This document shows, in pieces, positions 35,522 through 46,861 of a DNA stretch of 50,956 nucleotides. Within the stretch, counting starts at the first letter, position 1. The number at the start of each line of letters is the position of its first letter. Origin of the DNA: Chiloscyllium plagiosum (taxonomy: Eukaryota); contig NW_025214918.1 in the NCBI RefSeq assembly GCF_004010195.1, positions 1 through 50,956 on the forward strand, read 5' to 3'. The notes under the pieces are model-generated. The model ran no database searches. It had not been told where the DNA came from and saw only the letters and a program-made list of their open reading frames with translations. The translations under genes and the position numbers were made by a program.

Positions 35522-36969
35522 TCGGTGCTGATTTTGAGCCCCCTGCTCTGCTGCTTCTCCAAATCCAAGTCCCAATCAGCCGCAATCCTCGCTGCTCATT
35601 TATATTCTCCGACTCTGTGCTGCTCTCTCTCAGGTTCTCTCCCTTTGTTTATCCCAGGTAATAGTCGGCCTCAAGCCTCAGCTGAGTTTTATAACATCCC
35701 ATTCCGCACTGCTCTCTTACAGGATCGCCCCTGTGCCTGGAAGACAGTGGAAAAGAAGAGGATAAGACAGAGCAGAGGGTGTTACAGTCTTTGAGCGAGC
35801 TGTATGGGATAGAACAGGTTATCTGGGGAGCTAGGCAGACCTGCAGCAACTAAAGCAGGTTACTGGAAGATACAGGGAAAGTTACAGACACTGAAGAAGA
35901 CAAAAGAAATAGAGAGATTGTAGCTTGTTCATGAAGGAGCTATGTAGAGTCTAAAGGGCATTTTCTGAGCTACTTACAGAGATATGTAGACGTCAACAAA
36001 TGCAAAATGACAGCCAGCAAGTGTTGTATGGTAGTGGAGACTGTTGGATGTTACAGAGTTAGAAGACTTGCAATAACTGGAGGGAATATAAACTTTTGGA
36101 GCACTGGTTGTGTACAAGGTCCCTCAGGACATGAGGAGGTACAGAGAATGGGAGCATTCCAAATAGTGGGATTGTGGGGGCTGGAAGACCTGAGATGGAT
36201 AAGGAGGAAGGAAAGTACCAATTTAGCACACGCAAACATTGTAATTATAGAGATTTAAGGAAGGGAACCTGTGCTGTCATTGATTACATTTATAAGGAGA
36301 GTAACAGAAACTGAAGGTGTTGCACATTTAAAAAGGGAGAGATTTTAGATGATCAGAATTTAAACAAGAATAAATAAATTTTAGTGATCCCTAGCACTGA
36401 TGGGAATGGAGGAGGTGAGATATTGTGAGGAGCTGTATGTGTTGTAAGTCGGGAAGGATGTCAGATATAAAAGGGAGAACTGCATTATCTGTATGCAGTT
36501 ACAGACGTGAGGAGTACTGTAGCGCCTGCTGGAGGGGACACAGATAACAACAGTTCCAACGTTGCTGCAGAGGCTCAGGAAGGCATCTCACCATCACCTT
36601 CACAGGGACAACTCCAAATTAACAATAAATGCTGGCTCAGCCAACAAAGATCATGTTCATGAATGAATGAAGGAATAAAAAATCTACAAGTAGCACTGAG
36701 GTCACTCAGGAAGACTTTTTCAGCAGCCCTTCACAAACCCAGAACCACTATAGCCTGGAAGGACAGGAGTTCTAGGCGCACGGGAACTCCAGCATTTCCA
36801 AGGTGCCCTCCAAGCCACACTCCATTCTCCCAGCACTGTGTCTTTTCCTACACCCAAAGGACTGCAATGGGTCAGGAAGGCAGCTCACCATCACCTTCTC
36901 CAGGGAATTACAGATGGGAAGGTAATGGGGAAACTCTGCTGTTTACAGCCAGACAGAAAAATAAATCCA

Positions 36970-37670
36970 GCCAAGTGTGTGAAATGAAATTTCCGTTTCA
37001 GAACAACATGCTGAACAAGGATAGAGGATTTGTCTGATTGGCACAAGGCAGAGAGTGTGAAGAAAGGGGTCTTTTTCAAGATGGGAACGGGTGATGAGGG
37101 GAGCTCCGCAGGAGTCAATGTTGGGACTACACTCTCCACGTTATTCATGCAGAGTCTGAACAAAGGATGTGAAGGGGTATGAGAAATGGGTTTCCAAGAA
37201 AGATCTCAGGGATGAAATTCGTGTTATATGAGGAGCAGGTGAAGTCTCTGGGTCTGTACTTGATGAAGTTTCAGAGGCAGCGGCAGAATCTCATTCAAAC
37301 TTACAGCATACTGAGGGGCCTGGATGGAGTGTACGGGGGCAAGATGTTTCCACGAGCAGGAGAGACTAGGGGCCAAGGGCACAGCTTCAGAGTGAAGGGA
37401 CGACCCTTTAGAATAGATATGTGGAAGAATTTATTCAACCAGAGGGTGATGGATCTGTGGAACTCACTGCCTCATGGGGGATGTGGAGGTGAGTAATTCA
37501 CTGCATTTAACTCAGAGATAGCTAGGTTCTTGGTGAGTAAGGAGATCAAGGGTTACAGGGAGTAGGCAAGAGAATGGGGTTGAGAAACAATTCAGCCAGA
37601 ATCGAATGGTGTCGCAGACTCGATGGACTGAATGGCCTAATTCCACCCTATATATGATGGTCTTATGGAA
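36970..37670 (+). mobile_element. CR1 3' fragment with internal deletions
   Basis: YEEQVKSLGLY...NLIQTYSILRGLD...TRGQGHSF...FNQRVMDLWNSLP. Confidence 0.88.
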
Positions 37671-37841
37671 GGTCCTCATTCCTTTGGTTTCTAAGTGTGC
37701 AGTTATCATTTCTGGCTTATCGTTTACCATACATTCCAGAACTTTCCTGATTATTAATGTCACCTCTTGGCTTCAGAATGACTGCAGAAAGCTACACCAC
37801 AGAGTAACTTGGGAATCCTTGTGCATAAACTTCATAAAGGT

Positions 37842-38631
37842 TAAAAATCACACAACACCAGGTTATAGTCCAACAGGTTTAATTGGAAGCACACTAGCTT
37901 TCGGAACGAATCTCCTTCATCAGGTGATAGTGGAGGGCTCGATCGTAACACAGAATTTATAGCAAAACTTTACAGTGTGATGTAACTGAAATTATACATT
38001 GAAAAATTGATAGTCTGTTAAGCTTTTCATCTGTTAGTATACAGTGATAGTTTCACTTCTTTCATGTGTAAATCACAAAACCTGTTTTTAGAGTTGCATT
38101 CTCGAGTTAGCTGTTAACAATGGTGATAGCTAGACAATATGTTGAAGGTGTTAGACCCCTGTGTTCTCTGTTTATGACCTGATGTTTAGATCGATTCTAA
38201 CCTAAAAAGTGAGATAACAGAGTTTTACATAGATTCATGCAGTTTTTGAGCTCAGAGTTCTACATAAATGTATGCAGTTTTTAAGCAAAGTGCAATGTAA
38301 CTCTGCAAGTACAAATTCACCCCACAAAATATATGTGTGCATGTGCGTCTTTGTCTGTCTGTGTGTGTCTGTCTGGAGTGCGGGTTGTGAGTGTGAGAAA
38401 GTGTGTGTGTGTGTAGTGAATGCAGGGTGTCTTAAGTCTGTGAGAGGGTGCATGTGAGAGTGTGGGAGTGTGTGTGTCCATAAGGGTGTGTGTGGGTGTC
38501 TGTGTGCACGTCTGTGTGTACCTGTGTCCGTGTGTATGTGAGTGTGTGTGTGTAGGAATATCTGTGTGCGTGTGTAGTGCAATGGTGATCACCTGTAATG
38601 TGACATGAACCCAAGTTCCCAGTTGAGGCCC
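37842..38631 (-). mobile_element. Penelope-like element 3' end (second family) with hammerhead and CA-rich 3' UTR
   Basis: Minus-strand ORF end GLNWELGFMSHYR* next to the gap, GT-rich tract at 38330-38575, hammerhead at 37891-37926. Confidence 0.85.
37891..37926 (-). ncRNA. Minimal type-I hammerhead ribozyme
   Basis: CAC-CUGAUGA-A-GGAG-auucg-UUCC-GAAA-G-CUA/GUG: intact core, stem II, palindromic AGCU stem III and short stem I. Confidence 0.75.
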
Positions 38632-39307
38632 NNNNNNNNNNNNNNNNNNNNNNNNNNNNNNNNNNNNNNNNNNNNNNNNNNNNNNNNNNNNNNNNNNNNN
38701 NNNNNNNNNNNNNNNNNNNNNNNNNNNNNNNNNNNNNNNNNNNNNNNNNNNNNNNNNNNNNNNNNNNNNNNNNNNNNNNNNNNNNNNNNNNNNNNNNNNN
38801 NNNNNNNNNNNNNNNNNNNNNNNNNNNNNNNNNNNNNNNNNNNNNNNNNNNNNNNNNNNNNNNNNNNNNNNNNNNNNNNNNNNNNNNNNNNNNNNNNNNN
38901 NNNNNNNNNNNNNNNNNNNNNNNNNNNNNNNNNNNTCTAGAGATTACACAGATAGGGGTGGCAGTTGGAGTTACAGGAGATACAGAAACTGGGAGGGTTG
39001 TGGGGACTGGATATTACACAGATAGGGGTGGTAGTTGGATCTGCAGGATTTTATAGAGAGAGGGAGGATTGGAGGGATTGAGATTACACAGATTGGGGTG
39101 GTAGTTAGAGCTGCAGGATTTTATAGAGAAAGGGAGGATTGGACTGACGGGAGATAATACAGGTATGGATGGTAGTTGGAGCTGCAGGACTTACAGAAAT
39201 GGGGACGGTTGTAGGGACTGGAGAGTACACAGGTAGGGATGGTAGTTGGAGCTGCAGGAGTTTATAGAGATGTCAGGATTGTTGGTGCTTGGGACTACAC
39301 TGACATG

Positions 39308-39490
39308 AGAGAAAGTGAGGGCTGCAGATGCTGGAGATCTGGGCTGAAAATGTGTTGCTGGAAAAGCGCAGCAGGTCAGGCAGCATCCAAGGAACAGGAG
39401 AATCGACGTTTCGGGCATAGGCCCTTCTTCAGGATTCCTCGGATGCTGCCTGGCCTGCTGTGTTTTTCCAGCACCACATTTTTCAAATCA
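39308..39490 (-). mobile_element. Inverted Penelope-type terminal repeat
   Basis: gctggaaaagcgcagcaggtcaggcagcatcc and its reverse complement ggatgctgcctggcctgctgtgttttccagc flank a hammerhead. Confidence 0.85.
39399..39438 (-). ncRNA. Minimal type-I hammerhead ribozyme (GUC cleavage site)
   Basis: GGAAUC-CUGAAGA-A-GGGC-cuau-GCCC-GAAA-C-GUC/GAUUCU: 6-bp stem I, perfect 4-bp stem II and palindromic ACGU stem III. Confidence 0.85.
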
Positions 39491-40393
39491 GCAGTGGGTC
39501 AATAACCTTATATTGATTCGGATGATTGGAAGCTGTGGAGATAAAGAATTGCAGGAACTGAAGAATATCACAGAGATGGGGAGTAACATATGTGCTAGAG
39601 GTGTTAGAACATGAGCTGTATTCAATGGAGTCAGGGAAGATACGGGGCGATCTGAAGGGACTACACGTGATAAAAAGGATAGTAAGGCTTCTCAGTGTTG
39701 GATGGGGTCAGTTTACACAGACAGAGAGTGTTTTTTGGAATGGTGTTATTTAGAGATTGAGAGAGTTGTACAGAATTGAGGGACAAACAGACATACTTAA
39801 AGGTGCAGTGAAGGAAGACATCTGTTGTTGTCGGATGCTGAGGTTCTGGAAGTATATGGACCGGAAAGCTGGCCAGTCTGCCAGAACTCACAGAGACAGG
39901 AAAAGCAATAGAGCCTGGAGACACGAACACAGTTAGGATGCATTGCACACACTGGAGGAGGTTTCTGCTTTCGGGATGGTTATAGGGGAGGGTAACATTT
40001 ACATAGATGGGGGTAAGAGCTGCAGAAGATCATGAAGATGATAAAATGGATGGACAGACTAGAGGAGCTTACATTGACATGATGTGTGATAGCGACAGGA
40101 GGATGTTAGAGAGATAGTGAGTCTTGTAGGAACTGGATTGAGAAAGTCACAAGCATTGAAGTGGGTTCTACAGATCGGGAGTGCTACAGGGACCTGAGAG
40201 ACCTACGCAGATAGGGATGATTGTAAAATCTCCAGATTTTCAGAAGCTTTCAGGACTGGAAGAAGTTGCAAAGATAAGGAGAGATATTGGAGCTGTGGAA
40301 GTTCACAGAGACTCGAAGGGTTGGGGGTTTGGGACTGTTTATGGATAAAGGGATTATTTTTAGCGAGAGTAATGTGGAATACAGAGGGAGAGT

Positions 40394-40968
40394 TTAGATT
40401 AGATGCCCCACAGCATGGAAACAGGCACTTCGGCTGAACAAGTCCACACGAACCCTCCGAAGAATAACCTATCCAGAACCATCTCCCTCTGATTAATGCA
40501 ACTAACTCTTTGAGAAACTTAGAATAGCCAATTCACCTGACCTGCACATCTTTGGACTGTGGGAGGAAGCCGGAGCACCCGGAGGAAACCCACGCAGACA
40601 CGGGGAGAATATGCAAATTCCACAAAGTCACCCAACCTCAGGCGACTGATTGTGTGGAGTTTGCACGTTCTCCCCGTGTCTGCATGGGTTTCCTCCGGGT
40701 GGTCCGGTTTCCTCCCACAGTCCAAAGATGTGCAAGTCAGGTGAATTGGCCATGCTAAATTGCCCGAAGTGTTAGGTAAGGGGTACATGTAGGGGTATGG
40801 GTGGGTTGCGCTTCGGTGGGGCGGTGTGGACTTGTTGGGCCGAAGGGCCTGTTTTCACACTGTAAGTAACCTAATCTAATCTAGTAATCTAATCGAAACA
40901 CTAGAATCGAACCTGGGCCTCTGGCGCTGTGTGGCACCATTGCTCACCACTGATCCACCGTGCTGCCC
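40394..40968. mobile_element. Nested HE1/V-SINEs: plus copy (~40638-40893) inside a minus copy (40394-40637 and 40895-40968)
   Basis: Antisense tail and V-domain, then sense V-domain with (ctaat)n tail, then the remaining antisense tRNA head. Confidence 0.88.
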
Positions 40969-42364
40969 CATATTGCAGAATTACACAAAGAGTGTTTGAG
41001 GTGCTGGGAGGGCTGAATGGAGTGGAGGAGCAAACAGAGATGTGGAGTGCTGTTGCGGCTGGAAAAGGGTCTGGAGGTGTTTATCCAGATAAGAAGCTCG
41101 GTAGGGATGGGAGAAGTTTCCTGAGGTCGTGTGGTGCTATAGGATGCAGGAGTGTGACCGGGCCTGCAGAATATTACAGTCATATCATGTTGTCTTGGGG
41201 CTTGAGGAAGTTATACAGATGGGTATTTTGGTCCAGGCTGGAGGATTTTACAGAGACAGGGTGGACTGTAGTTATTGTACAAAACTACAGAATTAGGGAT
41301 CATTGTACTGAGTGTAGGATAAGATTATTGAGATTGGACATGTTAACGAGACAGGAGCAACTTACAAATAGGGAGAGACGTCAACATTGGAGTATGTTTC
41401 AAATGGGAGGGGTGGAGGTTACAGAAATAGGAAATTTTCTGGGAATTACAAGCATTCAAGACGCTGCTGTAGATGAGGTGGGCCGAAAGGTATGTTTCCT
41501 TGCTGTATGACACTATCACACGACAAGCGACAGTGAGAGAGGGGTAGCAGAGAACAGAAAGATCCCAGGTTTTAATTACTAACCCCTTGAGGGAGGCCTG
41601 CTTTCCCATCTGTTTCCTAATGCTCACTAAGACATTACATGCCTGGATGAATTACTGTGAACTCCCGATGCTGTCTCAGGAAGGCTCAGTACAGTAGAGC
41701 TAAAAGTTATCCTCTCACAAAAGGGTGGGGATTGAGCCTGGGACCACCGTGCTCTGTGTTTACCCTTCAATACTGTATCTATGTCATGTTATCTGGACCG
41801 AAGTTCCATCCCTTAAATACACTCTGCTCTGGTCACTGTGAGTGATCTTACTTCGCTGCAGGATTTACTGAAGATTCAGATCTTACTCTCCATCACTCTG
41901 GCTGACCAACCGTCCTCAATGTGATGATAGACGAGACAGGAGTTGGGAATTCTATTGAGTCAGGAATATACTCAGTACCTACATGAGACAGAGAAATAGA
42001 CAGAATGGTAAACCAGACTGATGCAGTGAGGGTTTATCATGGAGAATGATACTGAGTCCCACAGAGATCTGGAAAATCCCAGTCTCCATCCCGGGCCTGT
42101 GCTGCTGCGTCTCTCTGGAATGGAGAATTCTGTTGGCTCAGGATCCGGAGTAACTGCAAGAGCGAGAGGTGCTGACAGAGGCAGCAATTAGACCCACACA
42201 GTGAGGGATACCACTTGGAGGTACACTGAGTGATATCACCAGAGTGCAGGAAGGTATCAGGATCAAACCACAGTCAGGACGAAGGGTATTGATTCATGGT
42301 GCACTGGGATCAGTACTCAGGGATGAGGGAGGAATCAGTGGTCCAGGAAATGGCCCAGTGTTTC

Positions 42365-42605
42365 TCTCGCTAGAGTGTTCATCCAGAATTTAATGCCGGT
42401 GTCAGGGATAACCATCTGACTACTTAATATCCTTTAAAGAAGGAAATCTGTTATTGGCTGCCAGTCTGGCCTACGTATGAATCCTGACCTAGAGTAATGG
42501 GATTGGCTCTCAACTGCCCTCTGAAATGGTCTGGCAAGCTTAAGGGCAGCTGGAGGTCGGCATGAATGGCTGAACAGCCAGAGACAGCAACATTCCATGA
42601 GTGCA
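42365..42605 (+). mobile_element. SINE-like repeat, same family as 4780-5200
   Basis: aggaaatctg...tctggcctacgtatga...ggctctcaactgccctctgaaatgg. Confidence 0.6.
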
Positions 42606-43289
42606 TTAAAAACAACACTGCTGGGACCATTGTTCTGGTTAATCATGTAGGTAGGTTTATGCACAGGGCTTTAAACTGACAGAGAGGATGCAGGGAAAGG
42701 GTTCAGGTGAAAGGAGCTTTCCAAATCCAAAGAGCAAACGTGAAACCTCGGAACAGCATGGAGATGTGGCTGAAGACAAGCAGAAAGGAACAGGAAGGGA
42801 CAGAGTTGAACTAAAAATATACATCACTGAATAGGATTGTGATAGGAAATTGTAGGAAAACGTAAATTATAATTTATTTCTGGAATTGCCAAATTATCTT
42901 CAGTAAGATAATAGACTTGTGACACAGAGATAAATGAGATTCAGTCAGCAGAGAGACGTGATTACAGAGTGAACAAAGGTGGAACATAAATATTCAACGG
43001 TAAACAACCTTACAGGATCTCAGGCAGGATGGAAAAGCAAGATGGTAACTATCTCAGATCGACCATTTGGAGTTGAAGCTGAATGAATGAGTAATATCAC
43101 ACCGAGATCCTCCAAGAAATTATACCGGAATTCAAAGAGATTATGACAATTTAACGTGACCATAAAGCACACCCAATCATCAGTAACAAATCCACTTACA
43201 TGACTTTGAGAGAGAACTGACCAAGGTAAACCAGGGAAACAGACTGAAATGTCAGTCTGTAAATGAACAGTGGTAACCATTTCGAGCCA

Positions 43290-43945
43290 GACGGTCCGAG
43301 AGACGTACAGCACATAAATGGACCCTTCGGTCCAACTCGTCCACATCGACCAGATATCCTTTCCTAATCTCATCCCATCTACCAGCACTTGCCCCATATC
43401 CCACTAAACCATTTTTAAAATTCATATACCAATCCAGATGCCTTTTGGATGCTGTAATTGTACCAGCCTCCACCACTTCCTCTGGCAGTACATTTCATAC
43501 ATACAACACACTCTGCGTGAAAAGGTTTCCTCTTAGGTCCCTGTTAAATCTTTAATTTCTCACCCTAAACCTATGCCCTCTCGTTCAGGACTCCCCCACC
43601 CCAGGGAAAAGACTTTGTCTGTTTATCCTATCCATGCCCCTCATGATTTTATAAACGTCAAGAATGTCACCCCTCAGCCTCTGACGCTCCAGGGAAAACA
43701 GACACAGTCTTTTCAGCTGTTCCCTATAGCTCAAATCGTCAAACCCTGGCAACATGCTTGTAAATCTTCTTTGAACACTTGCAAGTTTCACAACGTCCTT
43801 CCAAGGGGAAAAAAGACCAGAAATGCATGCAATATTCCAAAAGTGTCCTAACCAGCGTGCTGTACAGCTGCAAACTGACCTCCAAACTCCTATAATCAAT
43901 ACTCTGACAAACAAAGGAAAGCATACCAAACACCTTCTTCACTAT
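43290..43945 (-). mobile_element. CR1 3' end
   Basis: LQLYSTLVRTLLEYC, VQRRFTSMLPG...SYREQLKRL, MVEAGTITASKRHLD. Confidence 0.93.
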
Positions 43946-43954
43946 CCGCTAACC

Positions 43955-44399
43955 TGGGTAACATTACGGGGCACGGGCGTGGACATGGATTGGACGGTGG
44001 GAGTCAACGGCAGGGGGCGGTGTTGGACGGGTTTGGGGACGGGCTGAGGGTGATGTCGAACGTGTTGGGAAGTGCAGGCAGGCGGCGGGTGGAGGGTGTC
44101 GGACGGTTTTGGGGGCCATGGTCGCTGTTGGGTGGATTTGGGACAGGTGTGGAGGCAATGTTGAGGGGCGGGTGGGGGCAGTATTAGATGGGTTTTGAGG
44201 CGAGCGGGGATGTACATGTGGCTGGCAGGGCTTGGGGGCTCGCTCATGGCTTGCCGCTGTTGAGTCATCTGTACATGGAGCAGACTGGACTGAAAACTCC
44301 GAGCCCCAGAGGAAAGGCATTGAATTGATTAATTGAATAATCAATTATCCGAACGAAATAGTGCCCGCTCATCTCGTTCAAATAATCGAGGTTCCTCTG
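43955..44399. mobile_element. One-ended pogo/Tigger-type DNA transposon or MITE with G-rich interior
   Basis: Terminus reads TA|CAGAGGAACCTCGATTAT on the minus strand, with a subterminal TTCGGATAAT repeat; TA target at 44400-44401; other end missing. Confidence 0.7.
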
Positions 44400-44454
44400 T
44401 AAACCATCTGAACTATAGCCTGGTATTGTGTGATTTTTACCTTCACCCAATCAA

Positions 44455-45530
44455 CCCCTGCAGAATGGCCCCAATATTGGCCCAGTTCCAGTTTAAGACC
44501 TAAATCTGTGGACCTGTCTGATCGTTTTCCATAACTATGTTAAAACTAAGACAGTTGTGGTCACTGGACGCAACGTGCTCTTCGACTGATACTTCAGTCA
44601 CTTGCCTGACTTCACTTTCTGAGGGGAGGTCCAGTGTTGTATCCGCCTGAGTAGCGTAGGACCCTCTACGTCTTGGTTTAGGAAACCTTCTTAGACATAT
44701 TTGACAAATTCCACTCAGTACGGGCCTTTTACACTCTAGGTGACCGAGTCAATCCAGGGGAAGTTAAAATCTCCAACCAATATTACTCTATTATTTTTAC
44801 ACGTACCTGAAAACGCACGACACTTTTGCTCCTCTCGTCCCTGCTGACTACTTGAGGGTCTAGAACACCATCCCAGCAGACTGACCATCCCGTTTTTGTT
44901 TCTAACTTTTAAATATATGGCCTCATTTGATGACTGCTTAACAGTATTGTTTCTAAGCACTGTTGTTATGTCCTTCCTAATCAAAAGGACAACTCCCCTC
45001 CTCACTGACTTGTCCTTCTGTCACGCCTGTAGTTTCTGTATCATGGAACACTGAGCTGCCAGTCCTGCTCTTCTCTCAGCCATGTTCCTGCTCTTCTCTC
45101 AGCCATGTTTCTGTTATGGCTGTAATATCCCAGTCCCCAGAGCCAATCCATGGTCTGAGTTCATCTGCCTTACCAGTCAGTCCTCGTGTGTTGAAATAAA
45201 TGCTCTTTAAACCAGATGTCTTTTCCCTCCCTCGACTGTGCCCCTGGATATCCTGAATAGGAAACTTGCTCTTGATGTATGATGTATTTCCCCTGACGTT
45301 TTGATAGTCCCTCTCTTACTCAGAGTCACAAGTCCCTGCCACACTAGTTTAAATCCTCCTGGGTAACACGAGCAAATCTTCTTCTGGGATACTGGTGCTC
45401 CACTGCTTCAAGTGCAAACGATCCCCTTTGTACAGGTCATCTGTACCCCAGAAGAGATCCCAATGACCCAAGAAGTGAAAACCCTGCCCACTATACCAGC
45501 TCCTTAGCCACACATCCATCCGGCCTATCT
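44455..45530 (-). mobile_element. CR1 endonuclease and ORF1 C-terminus
   Basis: RRGVVLLIRK...ILVGDFNFP and WLRSW...GFHFLGHWDLFWG..DLYKGDRLHL; 23-bp tandem duplication at 45063-45108. Confidence 0.88.
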
Positions 45531-45532
45531 TT

Positions 45533-45793
45533 AGACAATAGACAATAGACAATAGGTGCAGGAGTAGGCCATTCAGCCCTTCGAGCCTGCACCGCCATTC
45601 AATATAATCATGGCTGATCATTCCTAATCAGTATCCTGTTCCTGCCTTATCTCCATAACCCTTGATTCCACTATCTTTGAGAGCTCTATCCAACTCATTT
45701 TTAAATGAATCCAGAGAGTGGGCCTCCACTGCCCTCTGGGGCAGAGCATTCCACACAACCACCACTCTCTGGGTGAAGAAGTTTCTCCTCATC
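45533..45793 (-). mobile_element. Young CR1 3' end
   Basis: MRRNFFTQRVVVVWNALPQRAVEA...FKNELDR; (acaatag)n tail. Confidence 0.93.
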
Positions 45794-46636
45794 ACGGACA
45801 CATAGACACACATTCTCTCACACAAACACACACTCACACTGACCCTATTTCATACTCTCTCTCTCTCTCTCTCTCTCACTCACAGACCCACACACACAAA
45901 TCTATGGGGTGAATTTGCATTTGCAAATTTGTATTTCCAGATATATTCTAGTTTGTTCAAAAAGCCCACAATCTGTCGGCAGTCAGTCAATGTGGCATTC
46001 TATAAATTCCTACATTGGAAATAAAACCAGTCTAACTCCAGGTTCAGACACAGACAGACTCTAAACAAGGTCTCACACCTAAAATGCGTTGTCTGACCTG
46101 AGATGTTACCTCTTTTATACGGATAAAACCTTAAGTTATCTTGGGGCAGTCACTTGAAAGGAATTCCGGGGTCTACATATGCATCAACTAAAGCCTGCAT
46201 CCCCGTTTGAAGTGATTAAAGACTCAATAGCCATCGAGGCTTGTTCAATACATTTGCATCAGGCGTATGACCCTTTGATCTTTTATTTATAAATTCTGTG
46301 TCCAATGTATCCTGTCTCACTAACTACCTGAAGAAGGAGCAAGACTCTGAAAGTTTGTGATGAAGAGCATATGCCCGAAACGTTGACCCTTCTGCTCCTC
46401 GGATGCTGCCTGACCTGCCGTGCTTTTCCAGCAGCACCCTCTTGACCCTGATCTCCGACATCTGCAGAACTTACTTTCTCCGAGTTGATTTTAACCTTAC
46501 GGCGAAACCTCTTCAAGGACGTCTAGCTTGAAATTCTCCTCCTCTCTCTACAAGGATCTCAGTGAGTCCGTCTCTCATTTCCAGCACCACACTCTCGGCT
46601 CTGACCTCCAGCATCTGCAGTCCTCACTTTCTCCTC
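45794..46636 (+). mobile_element. Two abutting Penelope-like 3'/terminal repeat fragments
   Basis: 45794-46360 resembles the reverse complement of 37890-38400. 46360-46636 is the other family, with a repeated ctccagcatctgcag tail. Two decayed hammerhead cores at 46325-46390. Confidence 0.8.
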
Positions 46637-46861
46637 GTATTCTACCACACTCCTGATATGTTTTTTGCGGACTTGGGGTGAGTGTGCTGGAAATCAAGCC
46701 CTTCTATCACCGGGGTCGTAACAGAAGTTAACACTTTTATAAAAACTACATTGAATTGATTTATCTGCCTTTTAGGATAAGGGGGTAACAAATTAAAAAT
46801 AGAAACGAGGAGGAATTATTTCTCTCAAATGGTCGTGAAGCTGTGGAAATCAGTACTCCCG

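Larger units (their letters stand above)
31850..35680 (-). mobile_element. Old CR1 LINE (ORF2 5' part, ORF1, 5' UTR), interrupted by a younger CR1
   Basis: Antisense endonuclease and ORF1 motifs in 33215-34850; 5'-UTR-like region with 69-bp repeats. Confidence 0.75.
35720..41460. repeat. Decayed purine-rich ~34-36-bp minisatellite field, interrupted by TEs; best preserved at 38937-39300
   Basis: Recurring ggag..ttaca(c/g)agataggg...tgtag..gctg motif throughout 35720-36550 and 38937-41460. Confidence 0.7.

Noticed and set aside
35237..35794. 185-aa repeat protein
   Set aside because: Explained by a 69-bp tandem repeat whose length is a multiple of three, antisense to a CR1 5' region.
38235..38614. 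His/Thr-rich ORFs
   Set aside because: Translations of a (GT/CA)-rich tract in a Penelope 3' UTR.
40929..41510. 193-aa ORF
   Set aside because: Starts in a SINE head and runs through the decayed minisatellite; no domain.
43942..44344. Pro-rich minus-strand ORFs
   Set aside because: By-product of the G-rich MITE interior.
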